A DNA stretch of 62,956 nucleotides, the filler included, from Reticulomyxa filosa (Eukaryota; Protista; Foraminifera), in assembly GCA_000512085.1 (NCBI GenBank). It is 21 parts of 21 records of this genome, joined end to end, with 100 filler letters (N's around TTAATTAATTAA, not from the genome) between each part and the next. Parts side by side here need not be neighbours in the genome. Positions count along the whole stretch, not along the records: positions 7,393 to 13,974 come from ASPP01005027.1; positions 14,075 to 15,096 come from ASPP01034106.1; positions 15,197 to 16,346 come from ASPP01019769.1; positions 16,447 to 19,901 come from ASPP01013466.1; positions 20,002 to 22,316 come from ASPP01022396.1; positions 22,417 to 27,951 come from ASPP01003501.1; 15 more parts are not named here. One strand, given 5' to 3'. Below are positions 12,201 to 23,681 of this stretch, one piece after another. Under the pieces are notes generated by a model that saw only the letters and a list, made by a program, of their open reading frames with translations, was not told the origin of the DNA and ran no database searches. The translations under genes were made by a program, and so were the position numbers. Position 1 is the stretch's first letter. Each line of letters opens with the position of its first letter.

Positions 12201-12727
12201 AACGCAACAAACACTGTAAACAAAATTTATTTTAAATTGTATATGTTTCAGTAGTTTCTTTCTCTTCGCGTCAACTTACTGGTAGCGGGTCAGAGATAGA
12301 CTTTTTGTGAGAAAATTCTATTCGATATGAAACATTGTCAAATCCAAAACGTAACAAATCGCCATGATTTAAAGGAACGGTAGTATTTTTTTGTCTAATT
12401 TTTGTTTATGGAAAATCCCCTTCTAAACTAAAATATCCTTTTTACTAAGTTTTTTTCTTTTTTGTGATAAACTTTTATTAACCTCGATTTGTTAACAATT
12501 GTCCCATTCTTGGAATTTAAATCTGTTAATGTGACATGATCAGGATCGACTTGTTGAATAATTGCATGTTTTTTAGAAATACTTTCTGATAACAGTACAA
12601 TTTCATTTCCATCACTTTCTCGACCTATATGAATTTCTTTGTACATCAAATAATGCGGAGCAAAGTTTTTGCTGCGTAAAACTGCCCAATAAGGCAGTTG
12701 CTTATTGCTTGAACTTTTTGTGGTCAT
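9231..12727 (-). CDS. FHA-domain protein with long C-terminal coiled coil (multi-exon; 3' end approximate)
   Basis: IGR...SISKKHA...DLNSKNGTIVN, then GT-AG intron 12482-12395, then QKNTTVPLNHGDLLRFG, completing the FHA domain. Downstream exons (12223-11393, 10839-9231) give a low-complexity linker and heptad-rich coiled coil. Confidence 0.8.
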
Positions 12728-13048
12728 TGGCTGATAATTTAGTTTTGTGTGTAAAAGTTGTAAAAAGATTAAACATTAAACATGCTTATGAGTGGTACGT
12801 TGCGTGCTATACCTTTTCAATGTGTTTCATATAGGAAATATTTATATGTCTCAAAGATTTTATGTAGTTTTGTGTGTTACAGAAAGCATTGCAAACTCTT
12901 CAAGTAATTTGAACGCTCTTAAACTTAAACGGAAAAAATATACAACAATTATGTTTTAGTTGTACGAACACTTGTTTCTCAACAATATCCAGTAGACTAG
13001 TTAAAAAAAACAGAAAAAGGAGAAAACAGAAAATGAGGAAGAAAAAAA

Positions 13049-13849
13049 ATGGCAGAGGAAGAAAAGACTAATCCAAAACTCTCTGAAACTGATCAGCCAA
13101 ACCTTGAAAAAGATGATTGGTGGACAGCCCTTGAAAGCAACCCAAAAGTGTTTAATCAATTTGTGAATAAACTTGGGCTTTCTTCTTCTTACTGGTTCGA
13201 AGATATATATTCACTGGACGAAGAGTACTTGTGTTCATTTGAAAATGATATCATTGCATTTGTGTTGATATATCCAACGAATGAAACTTTATCGTCTTTT
13301 TTGACAAAGTATCACTCCACATTGAAACAAGGACAAAAAGAGAACAGTTCGGATTTGATACGTATTTATCAACATAAAGAATTTGGCCATGCATGCGGTT
13401 ACATCGCTTGCTTGCATTGTGTGTGTAACTGTGTTGACACCAAGTCAATCCAGCAAGAGTCACTTTTGAGTACTTTTTTAGAAAAAGTGAAAGCATTGCC
13501 TGACAAATCCCCACAACAAGTCGGTTGGTTGTTATTGAAACAAGACAAAATTCGAGCCGTTGCCAATGAATGTGGCCAATCGAAACATTGTGACACTGCT
13601 GCCCCAGTGAAGGAAAAAAAGAACAGGCAAAAATTGGGAAAGCATTACACTTGCTTTATCCTAAAAAACAACCACGTCATTGAAATGAATGGAAAAGGGG
13701 AACCTATTGATCATGGTCCGGTTGACTCAAAACTGGACAAACCTTTTCTTTCTCATGTCAGAACTATTTTGTTAAACTACGTGCAGCATGCTAATGGAAA
13801 AATTGATTTTTCTTTGATCGGATTACTTTATAAAAACGAAAAATCATAA
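13049..13849 (+). CDS. Ubiquitin C-terminal hydrolase, peptidase C12 (UCH-L3-like), intronless
   Basis: WTALESNPKVFN, FEDIYSLD, FVLIYP, Q...HACG (catalytic Cys), HYTCF (catalytic His), EMNG..EPIDHG, IDFSLIGL. Confidence 0.92.
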   Translation: MAEEEKTNPKLSETDQPNLEKDDWWTALESNPKVFNQFVNKLGLSSSYWFEDIYSLDEEYLCSFENDIIAFVLIYPTNETLSSFLTKYHSTLKQGQKENSSDLIRIYQHKEFGHACGYIACLHCVCNCVDTKSIQQESLLSTFLEKVKALPDKSPQQVGWLLLKQDKIRAVANECGQSKHCDTAAPVKEKKNRQKLGKHYTCFILKNNHVIEMNGKGEPIDHGPVDSKLDKPFLSHVRTILLNYVQHANGKIDFSLIGLLYKNEKS

Positions 13850-14099
13850 CATGTACATTTGCAATAAATGAATTCATTTTTCTTAAGGAATTTCATTGGG
13901 CAAAATATTTCATTTTTTTTTTAGTTTATATTGAAAAGACATTTTATTTGGGTTATGTCTTGGGTTATGTTGTTNNNNNNNNNNNNNNNNNNNNNNNNNN
14001 NNNNNNNNNNNNNNNNNNTTAATTAATTAANNNNNNNNNNNNNNNNNNNNNNNNNNNNNNNNNNNNNNNNNNNNAGAAGAAGAAGAAGAAACAACAAAG

Positions 14100-14434
14100 A
14101 TGACAATGATGAAACGACAGGAACGCACAAAACAAAGCGAAATCTATGTGTGCGGACGCTGCGGGACGCATTTAACGAGTTCAGAGTATGTCGTGGATCG
14201 ACAGTTCAAAGGACGCACGGGCACGGCGTATTTGATCGCGTCATGTGTCAATGTGGAGTTTGGCGAAGAGGAACGCAGACAACTCACCACAGGCGTTCAT
14301 CAAGTCTGCGACGTCTGGTGCAAGTTCTGCGGAAACAACGTCGGCACGCCGAAGACAAGGAACAAAAATATATAATTGGACACTCGTGCTTTGAAATGGC
14401 ATTGGTTCTTCAAGAACATGCTTTTCAAGTCTAA
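14100..14434 (+). pseudogene. YPEL: Yippee/YPEL zinc-binding protein with frameshifting deletion of the WKY motif
   Basis: YVCGRCGTHL, FKGRTGTAYL, RQLTTGVHQVCDVWCKFCGNNVG. It continues in another frame from 14345 as HAEDKEQKYIIGHSCFE, matching the family AxExxQKYKEG motif; the intervening WKY is absent. Confidence 0.8.
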
Positions 14435-15196
14435 TCTTATATACATATATACATATACATCACTCCGATCATCAATCCTTGCGTTGATAATGCATCTGCT
14501 CTTATTGTCTCCACTTCCGCAAGGTTTCATCAGCGAGTTGCCAGTTTGTCCAAGTCCGTGGATGATGAAATGTCCAGTGGTGATTTTCGCGAAGAGGAAG
14601 AGGATGATGACGACGATGACGAGGATGAGAATGAAAATGAGAATGAGAATAAAGAGGAAGAAGAACGCAGACAAGGGCAAGAAGATTAAAATGAAAATGA
14701 CCATGAATGACAGCATGTAAAGACATATAGTGATGATCATGAACGCGACCCATTGAGTCGCAGCAGTCATCATTTTTGGGAGCCTGTTCATGCTTTGAAT
14801 ACGGGTAACACACAAGTTGCCAATTCGTATAATAATAATAATAATAATAATCCAAGTGCAATTGCAACGACGACAACGACAATGAGCATTGGTGCAAGAG
14901 ACTCGTCAAGTCGCAATCGACACAACAGAGCTTCCAATATCGCCACGACAAACCAGCATCTCTTTTCTGCCAATATGCTGCTGCAAAGTAGTCACACGTC
15001 GCTGGTTTCGTCCACAAATATGGACTCCTTGTCAGGCTCGCCTGTCGCCGCCGAACAAGCTCATTTCAATCATGTTCAAATCACTTTTTTTTTTTTNNNN
15101 NNNNNNNNNNNNNNNNNNNNNNNNNNNNNNNNNNNNNNNNTTAATTAATTAANNNNNNNNNNNNNNNNNNNNNNNNNNNNNNNNNNNNNNNNNNNN

Positions 15197-16346
15197 TTTT
15201 CTTTTTCTTTTTCTCTATCTCTGTCTCTGTTTCTGTCTCTGTCTCTATCTCTTTCCCTGTCTCTGTCACGCTCACGATCTCTTTCCTTCTCTCTGGATTT
15301 TTCTTCGTCCCAAATGTGATCCCTATCATGTTTCATATCCTTTGTCACAGGCCTTTTTTTGTTGCTGTTTGCAGAGGACTCTCCGTTTGAATTGTCTGGT
15401 TGGTGTGACCTTTTTCGATCCCAATCACACAAATTTGTATTTTTTTTATTTTTTTTTATTTTTTGCCAAACTCGTTAATCATAATTAAAAAACAAACAAA
15501 CAACAACAACTGAAAACTGAGAGTAGCGAGGTGGTTCCTCTAGGGAGGAGCGTCGACGTGATCGACTTTTTTCCTGCTCTTGGTCCTTTTCTTTCTCGTT
15601 TTCGTATTCGCTTTTTCTTTCTTTTTCTGGCTTATCGCTTCCTTCTCGATGTGTATGCTCTCCTTTTGCAACATTGCCAATAGCTATCGATTGGCCACTA
15701 TTTGTGCTCAATTCCTTTGCCATGTTGCGCTCTTGTGAACTGGGTCTGTGTTTCAGAACAACGCTGATATCGAGGGATGCTTGGCGCGACCCAAACAATT
15801 GCGCAAATTTTTCAGGCTGCAAAGTGGCTGGAGAAATACCGTGTAAACATCGTTGCTCGACAAGATGACAGTTAATGTTGGTATTACCAACACTGCTGTC
15901 ATTCTTGGTTTTATTTTCATCATTATTATTATTACCATTGTTATTATTACTGCTATTGTCTTTACCATTATCATTATCATTATTATTATCATCATTATTA
16001 TTGTTATTGCAACCTCCACCCAAAATCACATCACATTTTGAATTCAATTGAAGTTTTTCATTCTGTTTTTTTTAATAATTTCAGTGTGTTTTTCGTCCAT
16101 TGTGAGAATTGTCTCATCATTCCTTTCTTTCAACAGCTCATCTGTATTTGTTATTTGTTATTTGTTATTTGTGTATTGTTCTTTTTGCATTCGCATACAC
16201 GCACAAATGGACCAACCATGAGTATTGATATGGAAATTGCAGACAGGCACAACGTCAGCAATGATGGAATTCAAATACTTCATTGTTAGTGTTTCATCAA
16301 ACACCTTTTTACCATTGTCATTATTATTATTATTATTATTATTATT
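15197..16346 (-). CDS. Internal exons of a low-complexity protein with poly-N and RD/RE dipeptide repeats (partial)
   Basis: Open exons of about 16346-16217, 16140-15515 and 15420-15197 encode N-rich tracts and RDRERDRDRERDRD; both ends truncated by linkers. Confidence 0.6.
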
Positions 16347-16513
16347 NNNNNNNNNNNNNNNNNNNNNNNNNNNNNNNNNNNNNNNNNNNNTTAATTAATT
16401 AANNNNNNNNNNNNNNNNNNNNNNNNNNNNNNNNNNNNNNNNNNNNAAAAAAAAAAAAAAAAAAAAAAAAAAAGGGGTAAAAAAAAAAAAGTTATATATA
16501 CATATATATATAC

Positions 16514-17610
16514 TTTCAGCTTGTGGCTTGACTGGAGTATCTAAGTTCATTGACGACCCCTTGTCATAAGGTTGAATAGAATTTGCGACGCCATTTAAAG
16601 AATCAATTAACTTGGACTTATTTGTTACATCTTCTATGATATCGATAGACAAGAGAGGAAAAAGAGAGGGAAGAATGAAACATATAAGCCACAAAGCTAG
16701 TTTGCATATGTACCTTGCGTGTGGTTGTCTTGTGCCGTAATGGCCGGGTCAATCTTGACACGAAAGGAGTTTGCGGAGAGAACATGGGCATCCGCCGATG
16801 TGTTTGCATGTTCCTTGTCCGTTTGAGACTGCTGTTGTTGTTGTTGTTGTTGTTGTTGTTGTCCCATTTGAGACAGTCGATCCGATGACAATGGTCGGGC
16901 CAGGAAGCCACCCTTGTCCACTTCGCTGACGAGGTCTATCGGACACCACGGACGAGGTCCTAGTCCTCCTCTTCGTATCATCACTGCGTGCATCAACAAG
17001 CTCTTTTTTTTGTCCGCCGTTGCTGTTCCTCTAAATATACAATTACATTTTTTTTTTAGTGGTCAATTATACCCCCCTTTTTTTTTTTTTTTTTTTTTTT
17101 TTGCATATGTACAAAGATGTTCCAACTGGTGAAGCGAGTTATTCTTGCTTTTTAAAAAAAGATCCTCTTTTTAGACCGGGCATTGAGATTGGTAAAGATA
17201 TGTCATTTAATGTCATATTTTCTTCTTGATTTCGTGACACTGGGATCCCTTGTACCAAAAATTGGTAGTCATTCCCTCCTATTAATGCTAATTTCCATCC
17301 CCCCCCCCCATGTTTTATATACATATACACACAACCTCATCCTGTTATCCCCTTTTTCTCTTCTTTCATTACTGCTTGTACACACTTTTGCTATCTTTGC
17401 TTTTATTCCCTTCCTCTTTTCTCCTCATTCAACTGCCAAACTTTGCTGATTTACATCAAACTGGTCACTAATTAGATCACGCAGGAACCGAAGCGCAACG
17501 TCTCCATCAGTTTTTGACGGTATATATATAAAACCGATTAAATTTTCAGAATTTAGAAGAGCCTCAATGTCTCTTTCTTTTGGATCTTCCAATAACACAT
17601 TCACTTGCAT
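16514..17610 (-). CDS. Hypothetical multi-exon protein with possible N-terminal ubiquitin-like (SPATA1-N-like) domain, 3'-truncated
   Basis: LIGFIYIP...LRFLRDLISDQF and DYQFLVQGIPVSRNQEENMTL resemble a beta-grasp pattern (inference). Later exons are low-complexity (CAA repeat at 16833-16861). Confidence 0.4.
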
Positions 17611-17999
17611 TCTGATAGATAATATCGAAGATGAAGGATACCCCAATATTTTTAATCTTAAAAAAACAAAAAATATCTAAAGTTAAATTACAGACCACTC
17701 TTCAAATCTGCGGGACAATGTACTTTTTCTACGTAAAAATAATATCACTTCAATTAAACCAGTACCAAAATGTCTTATAATGCAATTGGTCATGTCAGGC
17801 TATCTTTTTCTCTGCTTTAACATGTTTTTCCTTTCACTTTAAGAATCCAAATAAATTCTGTGTAGCAGCAATTTACAGGGAATACTAGTCCATACAAAAA
17901 AGAAATTTTATAAAAATTAAAAAATATGTTTGTGTCTTTTTGTCACTTGTTTAAAAGTGGGTCTGAGCGTTCTGCCTTTTATATATTATAAATATAAAA

Positions 18000-19658
18000 A
18001 TGAACAAATATCCACCGAATTTCCGTGGCCAATCTCAAGATCCAAGGAATTATGATAAACGGGGCAGCTATTCCCGTGATCAAATTGCGAACGTATATAG
18101 ACATCCACAGACATTGTCTGTGTTTGCGTCACTAATGATTTTTTTGTACAAAACGCGAAAATGCAATAACTTACACAATTGCCCTTACGGCGATGATTGT
18201 TTTGACTCGCACGAGCAATATCCAGAGCGTAGAGGTTTGAGATTAACAGGGAATAGATGGAACTATTCGTGGTTTGTGTGAGAAAGAAGAGGAAAACAAA
18301 GTAAAACAAACAAGTGGCAACTTTTATGATAAAAAAATGAAACATTTGAATGCTTGTAACTTGATTGACACAAGGCAAAAATGCACATTTGGATGGGCAG
18401 ATCCAAAGAAATGCAACCCGAATTGTCATAAATCGCACACTCCATATGAAATGCGCTACCATCCTGAAGAGTACAAGACCCAATTTTGCAGGTACTTTTT
18501 TTTTTCCCACGCAAAAAAAAAAAGAAGGGAGCTGTTTAAAAAAAAGTTCAACAAAAATTTTTTTTAACAAAAAAAACCCTTTTTTTTTTCCTCTCCTATC
18601 AGAAAATTTCCAGATTGTCCAAATGGCGAAATGTGCAATATGGCCCATGGAAAGCACGAACTACGACAAGTTTTACGAAACAAAGATAGCATAATTTTTA
18701 TTCTGTCCATTTCTTTCAATTCTTTGTTTCAAATTTTTTTTTTTTTTGTATGATTTGAGTTTTTTAAAATGACCCTTTTTTTTTTTTTGGATGAAATAAC
18801 TGTATAAAAAGAAAAACGTACCCGATGCACAAAGATTTTGGGAAAACAATCGTATTGATCAAAGTTCGAAAATGCCACACGAATATGAGGCATGGCTTGC
18901 CAAGCGATATCCACAGCTTAGTGCACGTGCGGCGCCTTCGCCGGTCCAATTCCAAAACCCTAATATCAATGTCAATGTCAATGTTCAAAAAAACTACGGA
19001 TCACGTATGCGAGATGGACCGCCGCAAGGCAATCACGTGATCCACAATGAGCAATCGAGCAACAGTTGGGATGGCGATGAGACCCGCAAGTTTTTGAACT
19101 TTTACAAAACAGAAGTTCCATTCCCCTTTTTTTTTTTTTTTTTTTTTTGAAGTCATTCACAATCCTACCTTTTTTGGTGCAAATACTGCAAATGCTTTTC
19201 CCATCCCCTATAATATAGAAATGTACCAAATGCAAAGACAGTACTGATCCTTTTTGTCATTATTATCATAACGATGAAGACAAAAGACGACCAATCGGTA
19301 TGACCTCTCTTGATCTGACCTTTATTTTTAATGAAAGCTAACAACAATAATAATAAAAAAAAAGGAAATGATTGGCAATTCATTACCTATCATTACAAAA
19401 TGTGCGCAAACGTTTTTGATTTTGAAACAAAAAAATTCATTCGCGATAAAAAATGGAGATATAGTGCAATGCAAAGAAGGAAAATCGTGTGCTTTGTCAC
19501 ACAACTTTTTCGAAATATGGTTTCATCCTTATGTTTTTCGCACTGTCCGCTGCCCGTTTCTCGTCAAACAAGGAAAGTGCAACTGGCGCAATGTATGTTC
19601 GCATTATCATTTCGAATCGCAGCAACGAAAAATGCCTAACGAAAAGAGAAGAGGCTAA
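18000..19658 (+). CDS. Unkempt-like tandem CCCH zinc-finger RNA-binding protein
   Basis: Exons 18000-18491, 18603-18669, 18812-19114, 19219-19297 and 19365-19658, all GT-AG. Motifs YKTRKC..CPYGDDCFDSH, EMRYHPEEYKTQFC..CPNGEMCNMAH, YKTEKC..CHYYH..DKRRP, EIWFHPYVFRTVRC..CNWRNVCSHYH. Two apparent 1-nt insertions at ~18273 and ~19450. Confidence 0.85.
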
Positions 19659-20377
19659 CACCACACTTTATCCGTTTTGCAATTGTTCTTGTTTTTGTCT
19701 TTGTTTAATTTTTTGCTTTGGATGTGCAAGCCTCGATTTCCACTTTTAGTTCTTCAGCCTTTGTTGTTTCTCAAGCATGTGTTCCATTAGGTGGGAATAT
19801 TTTAACATAACTTTTCTTTTTGAATAAGCTATCATTAGAACACAAATATTTCTAATCTGGGAAAAAAGAAACAAGTGGGAGACAAACAGTCTTTTTTTTT
19901 TNNNNNNNNNNNNNNNNNNNNNNNNNNNNNNNNNNNNNNNNNNNNTTAATTAATTAANNNNNNNNNNNNNNNNNNNNNNNNNNNNNNNNNNNNNNNNNNN
20001 NATAGGAATTGATTCTTGCCATTATTCCTGGCAAAAAAGACTTCGGGTAGTGTCCTCGTGCCGTCATGTAGAAGTAGATGACAAAAAGGATACCTGTAAC
20101 AGAAAGGAATAAGAAGATGATAAAGAAAAGAAGTAGAGTTTAAAGCCAATGAGAACAAAAATGGTAGTAATATTGGAAATTGGAAAGATGTGCAAGTTCT
20201 TTGGTCATGAAAACGAACAAAAGGACTAGGAAATTTCAAAAAAAAAAGAAAACATGAATAGTAATAATACAAGGAAAAAGAAAGCAAAAATGGGCTAAAG
20301 AGTACAGAAATAAGAAAACAGTTAAAAAAAAAAAAGAAACAAATGAAGAGAGGCCAACAATGATGACAATGACAGTC

Positions 20378-20550
20378 GTGATAAAATCATTTGTGTTTGG
20401 GATATTGAAAATAACTACAAATTTCATCAATTCAATTGACACTAATAGCGTTGTTGGAATTGAATTCTCAACATTTAATAATGACCGATATTTATGTTCG
20501 CCTCACATAACAATAATGTCCGTTTATGAGACATCAAAACATCTAAATTA
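20378..20550 (+). pseudogene. WD40 repeat fragment
   Basis: DKIICVWDIENN..FN*H, then frameshift, then TNSVVGIEFSTFNNDRYLCS; same repeat style as the intact WD40 at 27632-27951. Confidence 0.6.
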
Positions 20551-21941
20551 TTGTATATTGTGTGTGAACAATAACAAGAATGATGCTCAAATAAGAAGGA
20601 ACGTATGTGATAACAAGATATTTTCAGGCAAATGCACACTCATTTCACTATTTCTTCGTATTCATACATAATCAATTCTTCCCCGTGATCAATATTTTTT
20701 AGAGGCCAACAAATAAACAATGCATAATCAGAAATATGGACCAAACACACATATTTAAACATAGACTCCAAAATTTTTGGAAAGGCAATTTCAAAACCAA
20801 TTTATTTGGAGTAACACAGTGTTTCAACATTGATCAAAGTTTCGTGTGAACACTGCGAAGAAACAGAGGAAGAGAGACGCTTGTATTGTTCTGGTGGCAA
20901 TCTCGACAGCTGTGTCACTTTATTTATTTTTTTCGTATTGTCTTTGCAAAGGATTTGTTCCAGTTGCCAACAACTCACTCCATATTTTCTCTTGATTTTC
21001 CATTATCATCCATTTGGATCATTCGTTTTCTATACATTTGTCGGGAGTGTTGCTCTCTTTTTTAGTTTCGCTCCACAGTGGCCATAGCCCACGCCAAATG
21101 CGGTCAATGATATGGTAGTGTATCATATGGGTCGACATACGTGACTCAATGTGGTCTGACACTAGAATTTTGAAATGTGACTCATAAATGCGATGTGTGT
21201 ATTCAAATAGCAATAATGTTCACTTATCCAACGCAAATAATATTGAAAATTCTGTGTCTTTGTACATTGTGCTGATCTCTTTCACATCTTGGTCATTTCC
21301 AAGCAAAACAAAAGATTTATACGCTGTGATGACAACATAGCAAGAAAAAACAATTATATATTTTTGAGAAAGTGTTTAACTCGTTGCTGTAAATCTCTTC
21401 ATAAGTATATTATGAGATATTGCAAATCGTGCAATGCTGTTATAACTGATCGGTCATCATGAAATGAGTGTTTCTTATGTGATGTTTGAATTCATTCTAT
21501 CGATATATGTATATGTTTCAACGGATAGTCTGGATATTCCATCAATGACAAATCACCCCTTCTAGAGAAATGCACTCATGTACTTACATTTGTTAATCAG
21601 TGGCATCACGTCCTTTGAAGGCGCTTGTTTTTGCACGTAATTGTTTATTTCTTTGTTTGTTATGTAAAATGGCTGCACTCGAATTACGAATTTACAGTTA
21701 CTAGAGAAAACGTTGGATATTTTATTGAGTTAGTTGCACTAAACGTGCTAAAATGTTTATATTTCAAAACATCGGTTATATAACTTATTTCATTTTACAA
21801 CAATATAAAACGTAACATGACAAAAAATTTTTAAAGACAAGCTCAAAATCTACTATGACTTTCTTTTCAACAAGTTCTGGCATTTCTTTGGATTTTCTTC
21901 TTCCTTTTGTTTATCATGAATATCGGTGCATTTCGAATATC

Positions 21942-22316
21942 TCAATTTGGCAAAGTGCACTTTGTCATCTTTATGCTTTCTGATTGAACAAAGAATCCGC
22001 GACCTTTGCTAGTGACAAAGTATCTCTTGTTGTTCACAGTACCGTCCTGGTCATTGTAGTATCAATTGTTCAACTGCAATTTGATCCACTTGTTATCCAA
22101 AAAGTTTGTGTTTGCCATAAAAAGTGGACTTTTATTTTTGGACTTTTGCTTATCGGTGGTCCGTTTCGACTTCAAGGGTTCCTCCAAAATCTTTTCCGTG
22201 ACTTTGTCGACCGGGACAAATTTAGTTATATCCTTCCGAACGTCAAAGTACTTTTTTTCCACATACACACGTTGCTGTTGTATCTATTTGGATCCCACTC
22301 GTCGACGATCAAACCT
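21942..22316 (-). pseudogene. Tandem CAP-Gly domain protein fragment with in-frame TGA
   Basis: GLIVDEWDPN...KKYF (repeat 1) and FMANTNFLDNKWIKLQLNN*YYNDQDGTVNNKRYFVTSKGRGFFV (repeat 2). DGTV..RYF...G.G.FV is the CAP-Gly signature. Confidence 0.7.
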
Positions 22317-22416
22317 NNNNNNNNNNNNNNNNNNNNNNNNNNNNNNNNNNNNNNNNNNNNTTAATTAATTAANNNNNNNNNNNNNNNNNNNNNNNNNNNN
22401 NNNNNNNNNNNNNNNN

Positions 22417-22452
<36 letters not shown>

Positions 22453-23681
22453 AATGGCTTTGGAAATAGCTTGAATTAGAATTTTAAAAATTAACAAAGA
22501 AACATGCAAATAAAATCAATGCTATAGCGAATACAAGCATTATACAAGTCAAAGTAATTTAATCAAATGATAATTTTTACTAAAAAAAATCTTACTACAA
22601 AAAAAAAATTTCAGTTCTTAAGCTTTTGAATTAACTTGACTTGTTTGCATTGGACAAAAAAAGGCAAAAAAACCAATGATGCGTGGAGACAAAGCAAAGA
22701 GTACTAAAAAACAATCATGCTTTCACAATGTACAAACTTTGAAAATAACATTAAATTCTGCAAAAAAAATTTTTTGATAACAAAAAATTGAGTTTTCTCA
22801 AAAACTACGCAATGTATAATACTAATTTTCTTTTAAATATCTACTCGTTGAACACTTTCTGAAAATGCTTAAAAAAAAGTTAAAATGTATTTAAAACTGC
22901 ACTATTTGTATATATTTTTAAAAATAAAAAATTATGCTTGCGTGTTGTTTTTTCATGAACAAAATCAATAATCTCTATAATGTGCCGTTTTAGGTGTCAA
23001 CTTTACTTTGTATTCTACTGTACTATTTAGATATTTTATATATAACAAGAATGAAGATAATTATAATAATGAAGATAAAAATGATGAAAACAACTAAATT
23101 AAAATTGGAAAAAATTGAAGAAAAAAATTTACAGATAGAGATTTATATTGATTGATTTAGAAAGATGTTGTTTTTTATATTCTGATAAAAAAATGAAGTT
23201 AAATTTGATTTTTTTCATGTTTTCTTCTTTTTGAGCACATTAATTTAAAAGGGCTCATTGATTCATTGAACATATATTGTTTTGTCATCATAAAAACTTT
23301 AGTTCATGATTTAAAAAAAGTAAATAAGTTTTAAAAAAAAAGGAATTTGTTTGTATAATAATTCTTATTCGTGTTTGTTAATGCAATATGAAGACTATCG
23401 GCTTATATTCTTTCAATGCTTTGTGTTCATTTTATAATTACAAAAAAGTTTACACGTCAATTCTTATAATCGACACTCAAATCAAGAGCATTCATGACGT
23501 TTCTTTGAGTTAATTGGACAGCAGAGGTTATAAGTTTATTTTTATGAAAAGCTTTTATTTGAATAAATAATATTGTCACTGTTTCAAACTTTTTTGCTTA
23601 CCAACGGGGTTCAAGAGAGTCTCCCTTTTTTTCTAAACGTTTGTTCATTTATTTCAACTTTTCTATCCAAAAAAAAAAAGA

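Noticed and set aside
13948-13974. ttgggttatgt x2 at a contig end as a telomere
   Set aside because: Only two 12-bp units; not a tandem telomeric array.
14300-15017. Long antisense ORFs with hydrophobic runs (also 15853-16041, 38026-38290, 38510-39046)
   Set aside because: Shadow frames of triplet or low-complexity repeats on the opposite coding strand.
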